Assembly: GCF_009914755.1 (NCBI RefSeq)
Contig: NC_060925.1
Source of the DNA: the human T2T-CHM13v2.0 reference genome, Homo sapiens
DNA: 64,000 nucleotides
Direction: 5' to 3' (one strand)
The translations under genes were made by a program, and so were the position numbers. The stretch's first letter is position 1; the number at the start of each line of letters is the position of its first letter. The notes below the pieces were generated by a model that was given only the letters and a program-made list of their open reading frames with translations, did not search any database and was not told where the DNA came from. This document shows positions 13,761-26,370 of the stretch, piece after piece.

Positions 13761-15379
13761 GAGGATTATGATGTGGAGCCAGGGGATCACACCTGAGGTC
13801 AGGCTGAATAGGGCTTAAGGATAAGCAGGCCAACGGGGCCAGCAGGCCTGGACACCCTGAGTTAGCAGTGGAGTAGGGGAGCAGGCAGTAGAACAGCAAC
13901 AACCGCAAGGGTCGGAGCAGGTCAGCGGACAGTCAGGACAGCTGGATTTTGGAAGTCGGGTCAGCCAGAGTCCAGGTCCACAAGCCGGGAGAACTTGGAA
14001 GTTCTGCAGGATCAGGCTGAGGCTGCTGCAGGGCCACAAATTCCTGGAGTTGAAAGTCGGCAGCAGTAAAACTCCTGCACGTGCCAGGCACACACTTTGT
14101 ATGTTCCTACTCACCACTGCAGAGACCCCTGGGATCCTGGCTCTAAGCCTACCATTACAGACAGGGTGCTCATCTGAACCGTGCAGATGGAAGGACAGGC
14201 CACATTTAGACACTACCTGAGCCGCACCCAGAGTACCTCCTTGTTACATCAGCCTGATTCAATTCATAGAGGATCAGGTGGGAGACCACCTGAGGTCTTA
14301 GCCTGGTTCTGCTGCTCACCCACAGGGGACCTTGAGCAAGTCTCTCCCCCTCGCTGCATCTGAGCCCCTTCTCTGCAAAGTGGAGGGGTCAGAATGGATG
14401 ATTTTAATGTCTCTTGTTCTAAAACCTTGCATCATGCTTTCTGCCCCTGAACTCCCAGCAGGTATGAGTCCTGTTCTCTAACAGCAGCCTTCCAACACGT
14501 CTGACAAGGGCAAGTTTGCAGCCTTCAGCCCGTGAGTGTTAGAGACCAGGCAGGCCTCCAGTAGGAAGGGGAACTCTCCCTAGGAAAGGGGGTGTTGAGA
14601 GGAGTAGCCAAGAGTCAGCAAGTCCTTCACCCCTGGGAGGGGCTGCCTTCTATTTCTTTCTTGTTTTTTTACTTCTTTAACCATCTACATTTACAGCCAA
14701 GCACTTTCCTTTCTGTTCCCATTTCTTGTTCCCTTTATGATGGAATGGCTCCACCCTCCAGAACCACCTCTCTTCCAGGGAAAAAGAGAATTGGAGGATG
14801 GGGAGTGTCTTCCCAATTGGTTTTCCTTGCTGGGGCCAGCTTCTTCCTGGCTTGGTTCTGTTTTTCCCAAAAGACGAGAGTCGGGCAGACAGGGCTTTTT
14901 GAAAAGAAATTGCTCCTCTTCTCATCTACCCGAATATTTGTTTAAATAAGGAGACAAATTTCTCCACTCAATTGTGACTCAGACTAATACAAAGTTTCTC
15001 CCCTATCCTACACCTACTTATAGAACAAGAAGGTGGCCTCAGAGTGGACAGTGCAGTTGAGAAAACCAACCTGGAATAGAAAATCTCCCACGCCAGTCCA
15101 GCATGAGTGTGAGAGTTGGCCAAGATGGAAGGCTGTGCAGAGCATGACAAACACACGGGTCACACCCAGCATGCAACTTTGTGACCCAGCTGGGTCAAAG
15201 ACTTCTGAAGGCCTAGAAGTGGCAAGGAAGTCCCATTGGCTTATGCTCCACCACAGCCCCCTAAAGCCACCTCCCCTGTCTGCTGTGGATGTGGCTGTGG
15301 GAGAGTGGCCAGGCAGGGAGGCAAGACCCATGAGCCACAGAACACCCAGAGAAGACAGAAGACGACCTCTCCAGGAAAA

Positions 15380-15743
15380 GGAAGTGTATTGTGCCTGTAA
15401 ATTCCCAGAACTGGAGAAGGGAGAGACAATAAGCATCTTTATTATCCAAATTCTAGAGGAAATGGCTCTGCATAACAGCAGAACCTACTAGCTGCCAGGG
15501 TGGATGAGAAGTCACTCCTGAGGGTGGCCTCCATGCTGGATCTGCACAAGGGCTCTGTGAGTTTGGCGCCTGTTGGATGTCGGGCTGAGCCCAGTCTGCA
15601 GGGAACACAGCTGGCTGGTCCTGGAGCTCCCAGGAGGAGGCCTGGCCACAGGTGCCCCCTGTATACAATTGTGAAGGAAAAGCCTTCCTCCCAGGTATGA
15701 AAATGACCAAGGCTCCTTGCTGGGCAGAGGAGTGTCCCCGGCT
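15380..15743 (-). other. BATF3: BATF3 3' UTR (3' end approximate)
   Basis: Unique sequence after the stop codon with a minus-strand AATAAA at 15443-15438; the exact cleavage site cannot be determined from sequence. Confidence 0.7.
15438..15443 (-). terminator. Polyadenylation signal AATAAA for BATF3
   Basis: tttatt on the + strand about 300 nt downstream of the stop; first canonical hexamer seen after the CDS. Confidence 0.7.
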
Positions 15744-15932
15744 TCATCGGGGCAAGCAGCCGGCCACAGGGTCCGGCCGGGGAGGCACTGGCACAAAGTT
15801 CATAGGGCAGAGCAGCAGCGGGCACATCTTCTCGTGCTCCTTCAGTGCCTCTGTCAGGTGCTTCAGCTCCTCTGTCAGCTTCCCGATCTCTCTCCGCAGC
15901 ATGGTGTTTTCTTGCTCCAGGCTCTCATATTC
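15744..15932 (-). CDS. BATF3: BATF3 coding exon 3 (leucine zipper and C-terminus, EYESLEQENTMLRREIGKLTEELKHLTEALKEHEKMCPLLLCPMNFVPVPPRPDPVAGCLPR*)
   Basis: Acceptor tctcccccag|GAA; heptad leucines; TGA at 15746-15744; exons sum to 30+35+62 = 127 aa. Confidence 0.97.
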   Translation of the reverse strand, partial: EYESLEQENTMLRREIGKLTEELKHLTEALKEHEKMCPLLLCPMNFVPVPPRPDPVAGCLPR

Positions 15933-16109
15933 CTGGGGGAGACAGAATGGGCAAAATCATTTCTGGTGCAGCGTTCCCTTCCTCCGTCCTCCTGTGCCGC
16001 GCTGTTCACCTCTTGCCCATGAAAGCTGTCTCATTACGCATGTCCCCTCCACTGCTCAGATATTCAGATATTTGTCTATTTGATGAGTGTCTCCCCCCTC
16101 CCACTGGGA

Positions 16110-16270
16110 GAAACAATTTATTGAGGTATAACTTACGTAAAATAAAATGTATCTATTTTAAGTATGATCCAGTGAGTTTTGACAAATGTATACACCTGTG
16201 TTGATCAATACACGGAACATTTCAATCACTCCAAAAAGTTCCCCATGCCCCTGTGCAGTTAGTCCCCCCA
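16110..16270 (-). mobile_element. L1M 3' end inserted in an L2 3' end (L2 about 16020-16385, + strand)
   Basis: ttattgaggtataact...gagttttgacaaatgtatacacc; flanking ccccagcacctagaacagtacctgg...aaatgaatg. Confidence 0.65.
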
Positions 16271-16597
16271 AATGCTGATGTGCTTTCCGAAGATCTCTAT
16301 TGGGTTCACAGCTATATCCCCAGCACCTAGAACAGTACCTGGAACATAACAAATGTTTGTTGATTGCACTAACAAATGAATGAAAACATCCCTTGCCTTG
16401 GCTTTGCTCCAGCACTCACCTGTTCAGTTTCCTCTCCATCAGGGTTTACAGAGGCGTAGAACTGCAGGGTATCAGAGAGGTCCCTTAGCCCAATCCACAC
16501 AATGTAGAAACCATCCATATCCAACTTGTTCTGGGCACTCCTGCCCTCAATGGACAGACTGTCATTTCTGGGCTGCTCTACTAGACAAATCCTCTTT

Positions 16598-16921
16598 GTT
16601 GGGCATGGTGACTCATGCCTGTAATCTCAGCACTTTGGGAGGTCAAGGTGGGAGGATCACTTAAGGCCAGGAGTTTGAGACCAGCCTGGGCAACACAGTG
16701 GGACCCCATCTCTAAAAAAATTTGTTTTAACTAGCCAGGTGTGGTGATGCACACCTATAGTCTCAGGTACTCAAGAGGCTCTGCCAGGAGGATTGCTTGA
16801 GCCCAGGATTTCGAGGCTGCAATAAGCCATGATTACAGCACTGCACTCCAGCCTGGGTAACAGAGAAAGATCCCAACTCAAAAAAACAAAAAGAGGAAGA
16901 AGAAAGAGAGAAAGAAAAAAA

Positions 16922-16964
<43 letters not shown>

Positions 16965-17047
16965 GAAGGAAGGAAGGAAGGAAGGAAGGAAGGAAGGAAG
17001 GAAGGAGAGAGAAAGAGAAAGAGAGAAAAGAAAAAAAAAAAGAAAAA
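16598..17047 (+). mobile_element. AluJ-like element with a purine microsatellite tail
   Basis: Alu consensus followed by (GAAA)10(GGAA)10. Confidence 0.92.
16924..17003 (+). repeat. Compound microsatellite (GAAA)10(GGAA)10
   Basis: Direct count. Confidence 0.95.
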
Positions 17048-17049
17048 GC

Positions 17050-17710
17050 TCTTCTTTGTACTGATCCAAACACTCTCACTTTCAAATGTACCTGTTGGGT
17101 TTGGTTCCATTTAATAGAACCACATCTAGTAGATCCAATGCTTTTTTCAATATCGCAGTTCTTGAAATGTTAGGATACAGCATCTCAGGTCCTCTGAGTT
17201 CCTTGCATCAGGCTCTTCTTTGCCATTCTGGGGACCCTCACCAACACACACTCCAATTTACCAGAATATCTCAGAAAATGTTGCTCCCAGGATGCAATGC
17301 ATGGTTCTGGAGACCATGCCAAGGGCAAATGTGTGGCAGTGACCTCTCCTGTGCTGGGCCCAAGCCGCTGAGGATTCTCTCTGAGCCTGCAGAGAAATGC
17401 AAGCTTTATCTGCATGTGCTGCTTCTCCGTCCGTCCTTGGATGATGATGGATGCTATGGGGCTTAAGGGTAGGATTTTACATCCATCTCCACTGAATTTC
17501 ATTCCTTATTTGGACATCTTCCAGACCAGCAAAATTGCAAAATCTTTTGGAATCTCAATTGCATCGTCTCATGAATGGTGACAGCACACAGCTTTAAGCC
17601 ATCCACTAACTTAACACACAGGTCTTCCTTTTCTTCATCCAAGTCATTAATAAGTTCTACAAAAAATAGCCAATGGCAGAGCTCTACGGCATGCCAATAG
17701 AGACCCTCTC
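17050..17710 (-). mobile_element. Ancient CR1/L3 LINE RT fragment
   Basis: Minus-strand remnants GMP*SS...INDLDEEKEDLCVKLVDGLKL and MKFSGDGCKILPL align with the CR1 RT motifs GVPQGS..INDL..KFADDTKL and MKFNxxKCKVLHL. Confidence 0.75.
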
Positions 17711-18646
17711 TAGGCTGGCAATCTCATTTAAATCTTGCTGAAATGTTTTCGTTCATTTCTAGTTTATAGTAAGGCTTTGTTGTACCATGCACACCATGCA
17801 TTTCCCAAGCTCAGGGCCCAATTGCGTTACTCATCACACTTTCTCTCTGACTAGTAATTTTAAGGGAGTATCACTAAAGAAATGTGATCTTATAGCCCCC
17901 AAAGACACATGCAAATTCTCAACCCTGCCCCTTTGCTCTTGCAGTTATCCTCAACTGGACTGCCTTCCTCCTTTTCTGCATGGGTCCAGCTCAAGCCCAC
18001 CACCTCCAGGAAGGCTTCCCTGACCACAGCACCTACAGGAACCACATCTTTTATTATGTGTTCTATTCTATTTTGTATCATATTCAATTTCACTCATATG
18101 AAGTAATGTCTCCCCCCAAAGATCAGAAATGTAAAGGACCTAGGAACTTCTGCTACTCCTCTCCTCTACCCCCTGCCTGATGCGCCACAGCACCAGCACC
18201 TACATGCTCAGTGATTCCTCAGCCCTCATCCTCTGTTTCTTCTTTAACCCCATCCTTTCCTTTCAGAAGGGACTCTCAGCATCTTCCTCCCTTTAAGAAC
18301 CAAGGGGTCTGGCGGGGCTGCCTGTAGGGTCTATCTGAGCCATTCCCCAGGCAGGTTCCCAGGGTGGTCTGGAGCACTCTCCAGGGCAGCAAGCTGTTCT
18401 GGGGCCATGTGGCTTCACCAGTACACTGGCCCCATTCTGCCTCTATCCTCCTCCCTGCCTCCCACTCCCAAGCCTTCATGCCCTCCTTTGACCTCTGACA
18501 AGCTCTAGTTCTGGAGTGAGAATTCTGTCTACAAATCCAGCCATAAGCTCTCCGTGGGCAAGGGGAGAGTCTGGATGGGAGGATGGGATGGAAGCCAGGG
18601 CGTCAAGGGAATCATGCAGGCAGCAGAGGGATGAGAAAAGCTGCAG

Positions 18647-19058
18647 CACACACACACGTCTGCAAACACACACTTACACACTCTCATACACATTCACACA
18701 CTCTTACACACATACACATATACACACACTCACACACGTCCGCAAACACACTCACACACTCTCATACACAGCCCGACACACACACTCTCACACACACACA
18801 CTCATACACAACCACAGACACACACACAGATACACACAGTCACACACACATCTGCAAACACACTCTCATACCCAGCCACAGACACTCTCACACACATACA
18901 CAATCAACACACAGTCACACAAACACTCTCACAGTCACACACATACAGTCATACACACATACATACACCTCACACAGTCACACACACTCACAAAAACTCA
19001 GACTCACATGCAGACTCCCCACATTCACATTCACATACACACTCACACACACACACTC
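18647..19058. repeat. Degenerate (CA)n-rich simple repeat, about 410 bp
   Basis: Direct observation. Confidence 0.92.
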
Positions 19059-19840
19059 CACCCTGCAGCAGGAAATGCCCTTGACTTTCAAGTAAAATGG
19101 AGAGTACATTTGAATAGTTCCAATGTGCTAACATTTTAAGTAGATTCCAAAGGACAAGAAGCCCTCTTCCTTTGGTAGAATATTCCAAGCTGCCTTTCTA
19201 CATATACTGAATTCCGCAGCAAGACGCTCTGAGCTTCCCAGTTTTGTCTCTGGAAGCCGTGCGCAGCCCTGTGGCCTGAGGCTTCCCTGAGGTCCACTGC
19301 CCTCCCCCAACCCATGCTTAGAGTCTTCAGAGCCGCCCGACAGGTGCCCCACGGGCCCCTCATCTGCCTTCTCCATAAGGACTTTCTCTTCTAGGATTTA
19401 AGCATTACTCATAAACCCGCTGAGGGACTTTTATTGAGCTGAGGGAATAACAAGAAGAGAAGAAGTCAAAATCTTTAGGTGAGACGAGCCCTTTGAAAAT
19501 AACAAGAGGAGCTGGGAGGGAAGAAAGAAGAGGCCAGAGAACACTGAATAGCAGCAAAGGGGGAAGAAATGAAACCCACCTCACACCCAGAAGAAATTCC
19601 TGGAGTAAACGCAAACAAAAAGCAAGCAAAGAACATTAAACCCTTCATTATTTCCAAAAATATGACCCCTCTAGCTCGAATTCTGCCAAGTTCCAAATCC
19701 TTTGCCATGGGAGGGTTTGAGGTTGCTGTGCTCCCTCTCTGGGTATTTGTCGGGACAGTTTCAAAGCAGACACCTAAAAATTAGAGGTGGTGAAATCACT
19801 GTGGATCCCAGCTCTGCCTCAGAAATTAAGCTGCCTAAGG

Positions 19841-20057
19841 CAGTGGATCTCAAGTAGGGCAATTGTGGCAGTCTGCAGGGGACACTGGCAGTGTATGGAG
19901 ACAGTTTGGGTTATCGCAGCTGGTCGGGGGTGCTACTACATCATGTGGCTAGAGGCCAGGGATGCTGCTCAACATCCAGCAGCACACAAGACAGGCCCCC
20001 AACAACAAGGAATTATGCTGCCCCATGCATAAACAGTGTTGAGGCTGAGAAACCCTG
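19841..20057 (+). mobile_element. MER20 (hAT-Charlie)
   Basis: cagtggatctcaa...tagaggccagggatgctgct...gaggctgagaaaccctg; full length. Confidence 0.88.
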
Positions 20058-21228
20058 TTCTGGGCATCTAGGAGCAGGTGACTGGGATCAACGGGCTGCC
20101 TAGGGATACGCAGGGTCCAGGATGCCTCTGAGGCTGAAGACAGGATCAAGGACTGGTAAAGAAGTGGGTACCAGGGACCAGATATGACAACTAAGGTGAG
20201 AAAGAAAGAAGTAGGAACAGGCTAACAGGAGGCCATAGCCACACACAGACCCCATTTCACAAGTTAGAAAACTGAAGCTCTGAGAGGTACAGTGACTTTT
20301 CCAAGGTCACATAGACCTGGGATCTGACTCCTAACTTCAAGGTCAACTGCAACTCTCTTGTAGCATCAACAATTCTGCTTTTAGTTAGCAGTGCCTGGGT
20401 CCAGATTTCCCCATGATGGTTACCAGAAGTAAGAGGCCATAAGATCTCAGGACTTCAGAATAAGTCTACTCCCAAGCCTTCACTGATGCACTTCCCAGCA
20501 GAAAAATTGTGTTACCAGCAAGGGCTGTACAAATGAGTGCCACAATCAGTTTCTAAGCCACATGGGTGCTGCCATGAAGCTCTCAGAACATGCAATATCT
20601 GAAAAAACCATGGCAACACATACCACAATCACATTGCCCAAGTCATTTGTCAGTTTGTGACATTTGGGGCTCCTGAGGATGGCACTGCTGCTTTCCTTTT
20701 GTGACTCAAAATTCTTTCTCAGTCTTACACCTTTGGGGTGCCTGGTCGAGCCAGTCTGACCCACTTCTGAGCCACCTTTCAGCCTGGGTGAGATGAGACG
20801 AGACCCTGACTGTTCACTTTGGTTCTCATTTGTCAGTGTGGACTTTGGCACACGCCTAGTGTTCAGAGATGAATGCAGGTCGAAATCCCCACGGGAGGTG
20901 TGAGCGGGTTGAAGGGATGATTTGAAAGCCCACAGTGGACTCTGAGGTCTACAGACACACGTTAAGAACTGCTTCTCATCACCGTAGTCCAACTGCCAGC
21001 AACCACTGCCCAGAAAACTCTGCGTGAAGGGGAACCCCAGCCCCTGCCTCTCTGGCTTGGCCTGTGCAGCCTCTTCCCCCATTCTCCCCTCCACAGAGGG
21101 CTCGCCTTGACGGACACTCCTAGGACTTTGGAGATGGAGAACAAGGAGGGGAGGGAGGTGGCCGAAAAACTCCTAAGAGCTGCAGCTGGGGCAAGTTTCT
21201 CAGGGTGTTGGAGGCAACAGAGGCTCAA

Positions 21229-21334
21229 GTACTCACTTCAGCAGCACATACATTAAAATTGGAATGATACAGGGATTAACATGGCCCCTGAGCAAGGATA
21301 ATATGCAAATTCATAAAGTGTTCCATATTTTTTT
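21229..21334 (+). pseudogene. U6 snRNA retropseudogene in BATF3 intron 2 (antisense to BATF3)
   Basis: GTACTCACTTCAGCAGCACATACATTAAAATTGGAATGATACAG...TTCCATATTTT matches full-length U6; ACAGAGA box and AGC triad are damaged; A-rich tail; TSD cagaggctcaagta at 21218-21231 and 21378-21391. Confidence 0.93.
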
Positions 21335-21394
21335 AAAAACCCAGGAAGACGAAAGAGCAAAAAAAACCCCAAAAAACCAGAGGCTCAAGTATAG

Positions 21395-21702
<308 letters not shown>

Positions 21703-22815
21703 AAAAAGTGGAAACTTTAAACAAGTTTGCTCCAAATATCCCCCCTCAGGATATGCAAGAAATGCAAGTAAAGAGCTTGAGTTACTTTGAGATATTCAGG
21801 AATGCAATCCCTGCAGTGTGGGATAGAGGAACACATGAAGAAAGCCCTTTGATGCGCTACAGTCTCCAGGGAGCAGCAGGCAGTGGCTGTCAGTGGCTGT
21901 TTTCTGGGCCCTCTGGTGTCTCCCAATGAGCTGGCCTCACTCCAGATTTGAGGAGGAGGTTCCTATGCATGGTGTCCCCACCCTAGATTGGCCTGGGAGG
22001 TCCAGGGGTCCCAAGGGGCTTTCTGTCATGGCCCGCAGTAGTGTGCAAGGCGCTCTGTGCTCAACTCACTGGAGCTTGACAAAAGGGTTCTTTACACCAT
22101 TTTTAAACCAGATACCTTGCCTCCAATAGTAGATTTAGTCATCCAATGATACCCACAGCTACAATGCCCTCCTGGAAGGAACAGGGAAGGGATTACTCAC
22201 GTGGTGAGTAATGATTTGGTTCAGAGATGATGTTCCTTTGGTTCTGCAGAAGGTTTGGGATATACTTCCATTTTCCTAAGCCAGTCGTCTGCTTCCTCAC
22301 CCGCTTGTGACCAACGACACTTGTGTGGAGCTAGTGAGGCTAAGGTGAGGGCTACAGCTCTGGGGTCTGTATACAGGTGGAGCCGCTGTCCTGGCCTCTT
22401 TGACCCTGTGATTCTCAATAAAGCTGGTCTTGCTGAGGTGATCTGCCAGTGGAGAGTAATCCTGACCCATTCCTTCAGCCCCACAGAGAGAGAGGAGAAG
22501 GGGGTGCTCTTCCGTGGAGTGTCTGGGCTTCAGATCAACCCACCCCATTTCTGAAAAGGGCAGCTGGCATGACTGTCATGCAACACAGTCTCTGGGTTGG
22601 AGAGCAGGCCAGGGACCCTACAGAAGAGGTCTCCACCCCACAGTTCCAAGAGAGGTCAGATAGGGGTAAAGGTGGCACCACTCTGAAGTTCCCAGGCACC
22701 TGGTTCACTCAGTTATCAAATGCAGCAGTGACAGAAAGTGCGAGAGAGCCAACGCTTCATACAGGTACTTTTTTGATATTGTAGTAAAATTCCGTGAGTA
22801 TTTACATTTACCTTC

Positions 22816-23322
22816 TGTGCTAGGCAGCATAATCGATTCACTCCTCACAGAAGTTTACATTCTAATCTCTTGAACCTGCGACTATGTCACCTTACATAGC
22901 AAAAGGGACTATGCGGATGTGATTAAGAAGCGTGAGATGGGGAGACTATCCTGGATTATCCAGGCAGACCCAACGCAATCATAAGGGTCCTTGTAAGTGA
23001 AAGAGGGTGTCGGGGAGTCAGAGAAGATGTGACAACGGAAACAGCACCAGAGTAACGCAGCCTGAGAAAAACGCAACCGGCCATTGCTGGCTCAAGGAGA
23101 CTACAAGCCCAGGAACACTGAAGCCTCTGGAAGCTGGGAAAAGCAAGAAAACGAATCTTCTCCAGAACCTCCAGAAGGAAGGCAGCCCTGCTGCCATCTT
23201 CATTTTGACCCAATATGACCCACTTCTGATGTGTGACTGCCAAAGCTGGAAGATAGTAAATTTGTGTTGTTTTAAGCCACCAAATGTGTGAGAGTTTGTT
23301 TCAGCAGCAGTAGGAAATTAAC
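22816..23322 (+). mobile_element. MLT1D-like solo LTR
   Basis: ccttacatagcaaaagggact...atcctggattatcc...aaatttgtgttgttttaagccac...cagcagcagtaggaaa. Confidence 0.85.
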
Positions 23323-24044
23323 ATCCTTTCCTTGGGAAATTCTAGGCTTCCCACCGACAGGCAAGGCATGAGATCTTCCTCCTCTCTTTGTGACCCAATG
23401 GCAATGCCTTGGTATTTGTGAAATGGATCTACTCGACTGTGCTCCATGAAAGATCTTGTCCAAGATATTGTCCTCCAGATACGTATTCAGTCCAGATTTA
23501 CAACTGATGTTTTTAAAACTAGTTTTTAAAAATATTAATGTACCTGGCTGGGACTAGGAGCTTCTTCAGGAGTAATGCCTTGGCCATCCAGCAGCACATG
23601 TGGTCTGAATACAGGGCCATGCACTAACTGGGAGCCACAGGTCCCCTCTGGGGGCTATTTTGGTAACATGACACTAGAACCACAATTGCTTCAGGAGCAA
23701 GGGGGAAGAAAGAAAGGAGGCAAAGGGCATTGCCGTTCTTCTGTGGAAATTCTTCAGAACAAAGGCTAGGAGGCACCTTCTGTGACACTAGTCTAGAGAC
23801 CTCAGTCTCTTTCTAGGGCCCAGCCTTCTTACTTCTAGGAAAGAATCTGACATTTATGATTTATGCCACACTGTGAATTTATATCGGAAGGTCACCTCTC
23901 TGTGGAGTATGTACATTCTAAATTTGTTCTCTGTTCATTGTTAGAGTTTTAAGATTGCCCTTTTCCTCTCCTCTCCCCAACACACCTCAGAGTTTCCATG
24001 TTGCCAATGCCCCAGAATGGCCTTGCTGAGACGAGCATGGCAGG

Positions 24045-24620
<576 letters not shown>

Positions 24621-24759
24621 TATAGCAGGAGAGAGCTAAACTAAAATCTTTAATTACACACACCAACCCCGACAAAGACAAGAACATGGAATGGTGGCCC
24701 ATTCCTCAGATAGATCCTTGGATGCTTTCAAGGCCAGTTCCTGGTATGGAGCAGCTCCA

Positions 24760-25380
24760 CGTCCCAACTGCAGGATTATGCAGGTGTATGCATGAGGGCG
24801 GAGGGAAAAGGAATGGCTTAGGATAAATCCTAGGCTTCTGATTTGAGTGATGAGAAAGATGGTTCGCTCCATTAACTGCAGTTTGAAGACAATGAGAAGA
24901 GAAAGTCTCAGGGTAAACGGACAATAACACTCTTTTATGGATGTGGTACATCACAGGAGCCTGCAGTGGACCCATGGAGAAACAGCTCAGCAGACACTGA
25001 AGCTATGGGGTCTAGGGTCCAGGACAGAGGGCCTGCCTGGAGTAATCAATGTTGGGAGCTGATGCTGGGAGAACAGATTAATAGATTAAGTCTTCCAGGG
25101 TGAGAAAAAAAAAAAAGGGCAGAGTTTGAAACACTGGTCACCACCAACATTTAAGCCAATAAAGGGTCGAAGGCTAACAAAGAAATAGAGAAAAAAATCG
25201 GCGAAGAGGGTTAGGAAAACTAGGAAATGTGGTCTTTTAGAAGCAAAAGAGGGGAAAGCTTTAAGAAGAGATGGGTCCAAAGTGTCGAATGTTCTAACAA
25301 GGTAAAGGATGATGAGACCAGAAAGAGAGTCCTGGATAGGGCAGTGCCAGGGCACTGATGGCTGCAATGGGAGCAGTTTC
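24760..25380 (-). mobile_element. L2 fragment
   Basis: ctaggcttctgatttgagtgatg...; ccaacatttaag motifs. Confidence 0.55.
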
Positions 25381-25386
25381 TGTAGG

Positions 25387-25475
25387 GTGTGTGTGTGTGT
25401 GTGTGTGTGTGTACACACACACATTGGGTACATGTGTGAATGTGTGTGTTTGTTTGTGTGTATATATATGTGTGT
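25387..25475. repeat. (GT)13(AC)5 and degenerate TG repeat
   Basis: Direct observation. Confidence 0.9.
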
Positions 25476-25923
25476 TGAGTGGAAAGGGGGTAGCAGAAAT
25501 TAAATCACAGAGGATTGGGGAATAACCAGGAACCAGGGACACAGAGACAACAGGTGTAACTACTCTTTTTTAAGAAGCAAAGATGTTAGCGGATTACTTT
25601 GGAGGGAAACAAAACAAAACAGGAAGTAAGGACGTGAGGGAAGAAAAGAAATGGAGCAAGAACTTGAAAGGGAATCAGGGTCCAGAAGAGGCTCTGTTTT
25701 GTTTTATAATGAAATAAACTTGAGCATGAGAAGCACTCAGTGGATGAGGGAGAAATGAACACGTCCGTGAGCAAACAGTGAGAACACTGGGCTGGAAGGA
25801 CCTGGCAGAAATTAGATATGAGTGTTGCTGAAATCGTGATAAAGAGAACAGTCATCACCCCCACTCCCGTGCAAGGCAGAGGCTGTGTGGCTCTAAGGTG
25901 GCTTGCCCCTACCACGGTCTCAC

Positions 25924-26028
25924 CTCATGGAGCTTGTCAGCCTTCTGGGTCTGCTTCTTCCGACTTCTCTGAGCAGCAACTCGGTTTTTTTCTCTCCTTC
26001 GGACCTTCCTGTCATCATCCTCAGGGCT
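25924..26028 (-). CDS. BATF3: BATF3 coding exon 2 (bZIP basic region, SPEDDDRKVRRREKNRVAAQRSRKKQTQKADKLHE)
   Basis: Acceptor ttttccccag|AGC, donor GAG|gtgag; 105 nt, phase 0/0; contains the bZIP NxxAAxxSR motif. Not called by the ORF track. Confidence 0.97.
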
Positions 26029-26229
26029 CTGGGGAAAAACACTGGGTGGGTGTGATGTCGTGGCCCCTCGCCTTACCCTTTTCTGCCCTGTCTCATCACT
26101 CAGCGTTGTTCACTGAGCTTCATCATTTGCTTTGCAGTAGACAGCACCACTAGTTGCTATACCAATGGGCTCACAACAGCCCCTTGCCCAGGAGCACTCA
26201 CCATGTGAGTGTGTGAAGTGTGTGGTGTG

Positions 26230-26370
26230 ACCGCCGTTTAAAAGATGAGGAATAAGAAACTCAGAGAGGTTAAGGACCTTGCTCCAGGTATTACAGCCAC
26301 TAAGTGGGTGAGTGGGAAGTGGAACTCAGGTCTGTTGGTCTCCAAATCAACGTTCATAAACCTCTAGCCC
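26230..26370 (-). mobile_element. MIR
   Basis: aaactcagagaggttaaggaccttgc...gaactcaggtct. Confidence 0.65.

Noticed and set aside
15652-16083. 143-aa plus-strand ORF
   Set aside because: Antisense shadow of BATF3 exon 3.
16763-17173. Lys/Glu/Arg-rich and Phe/Leu/Ser-rich ORFs
   Set aside because: Translations of an Alu tail microsatellite.
18516-19139. His/Thr-rich 207- and 170-aa ORFs
   Set aside because: Translations of the CA-rich simple repeat.
20692-20708. Possible AICE (AP-1-IRF composite) autoregulatory site in intron 2
   Set aside because: TTTC-to-TGACTCA spacing is 6 nt, not the 4 nt of the canonical AICE.
21229-21334. Functional U6 gene
   Set aside because: ACAGAGA box and AGC triad are mutated, no upstream PSE/TATA is seen, and the TSD and tail indicate a retrocopy.
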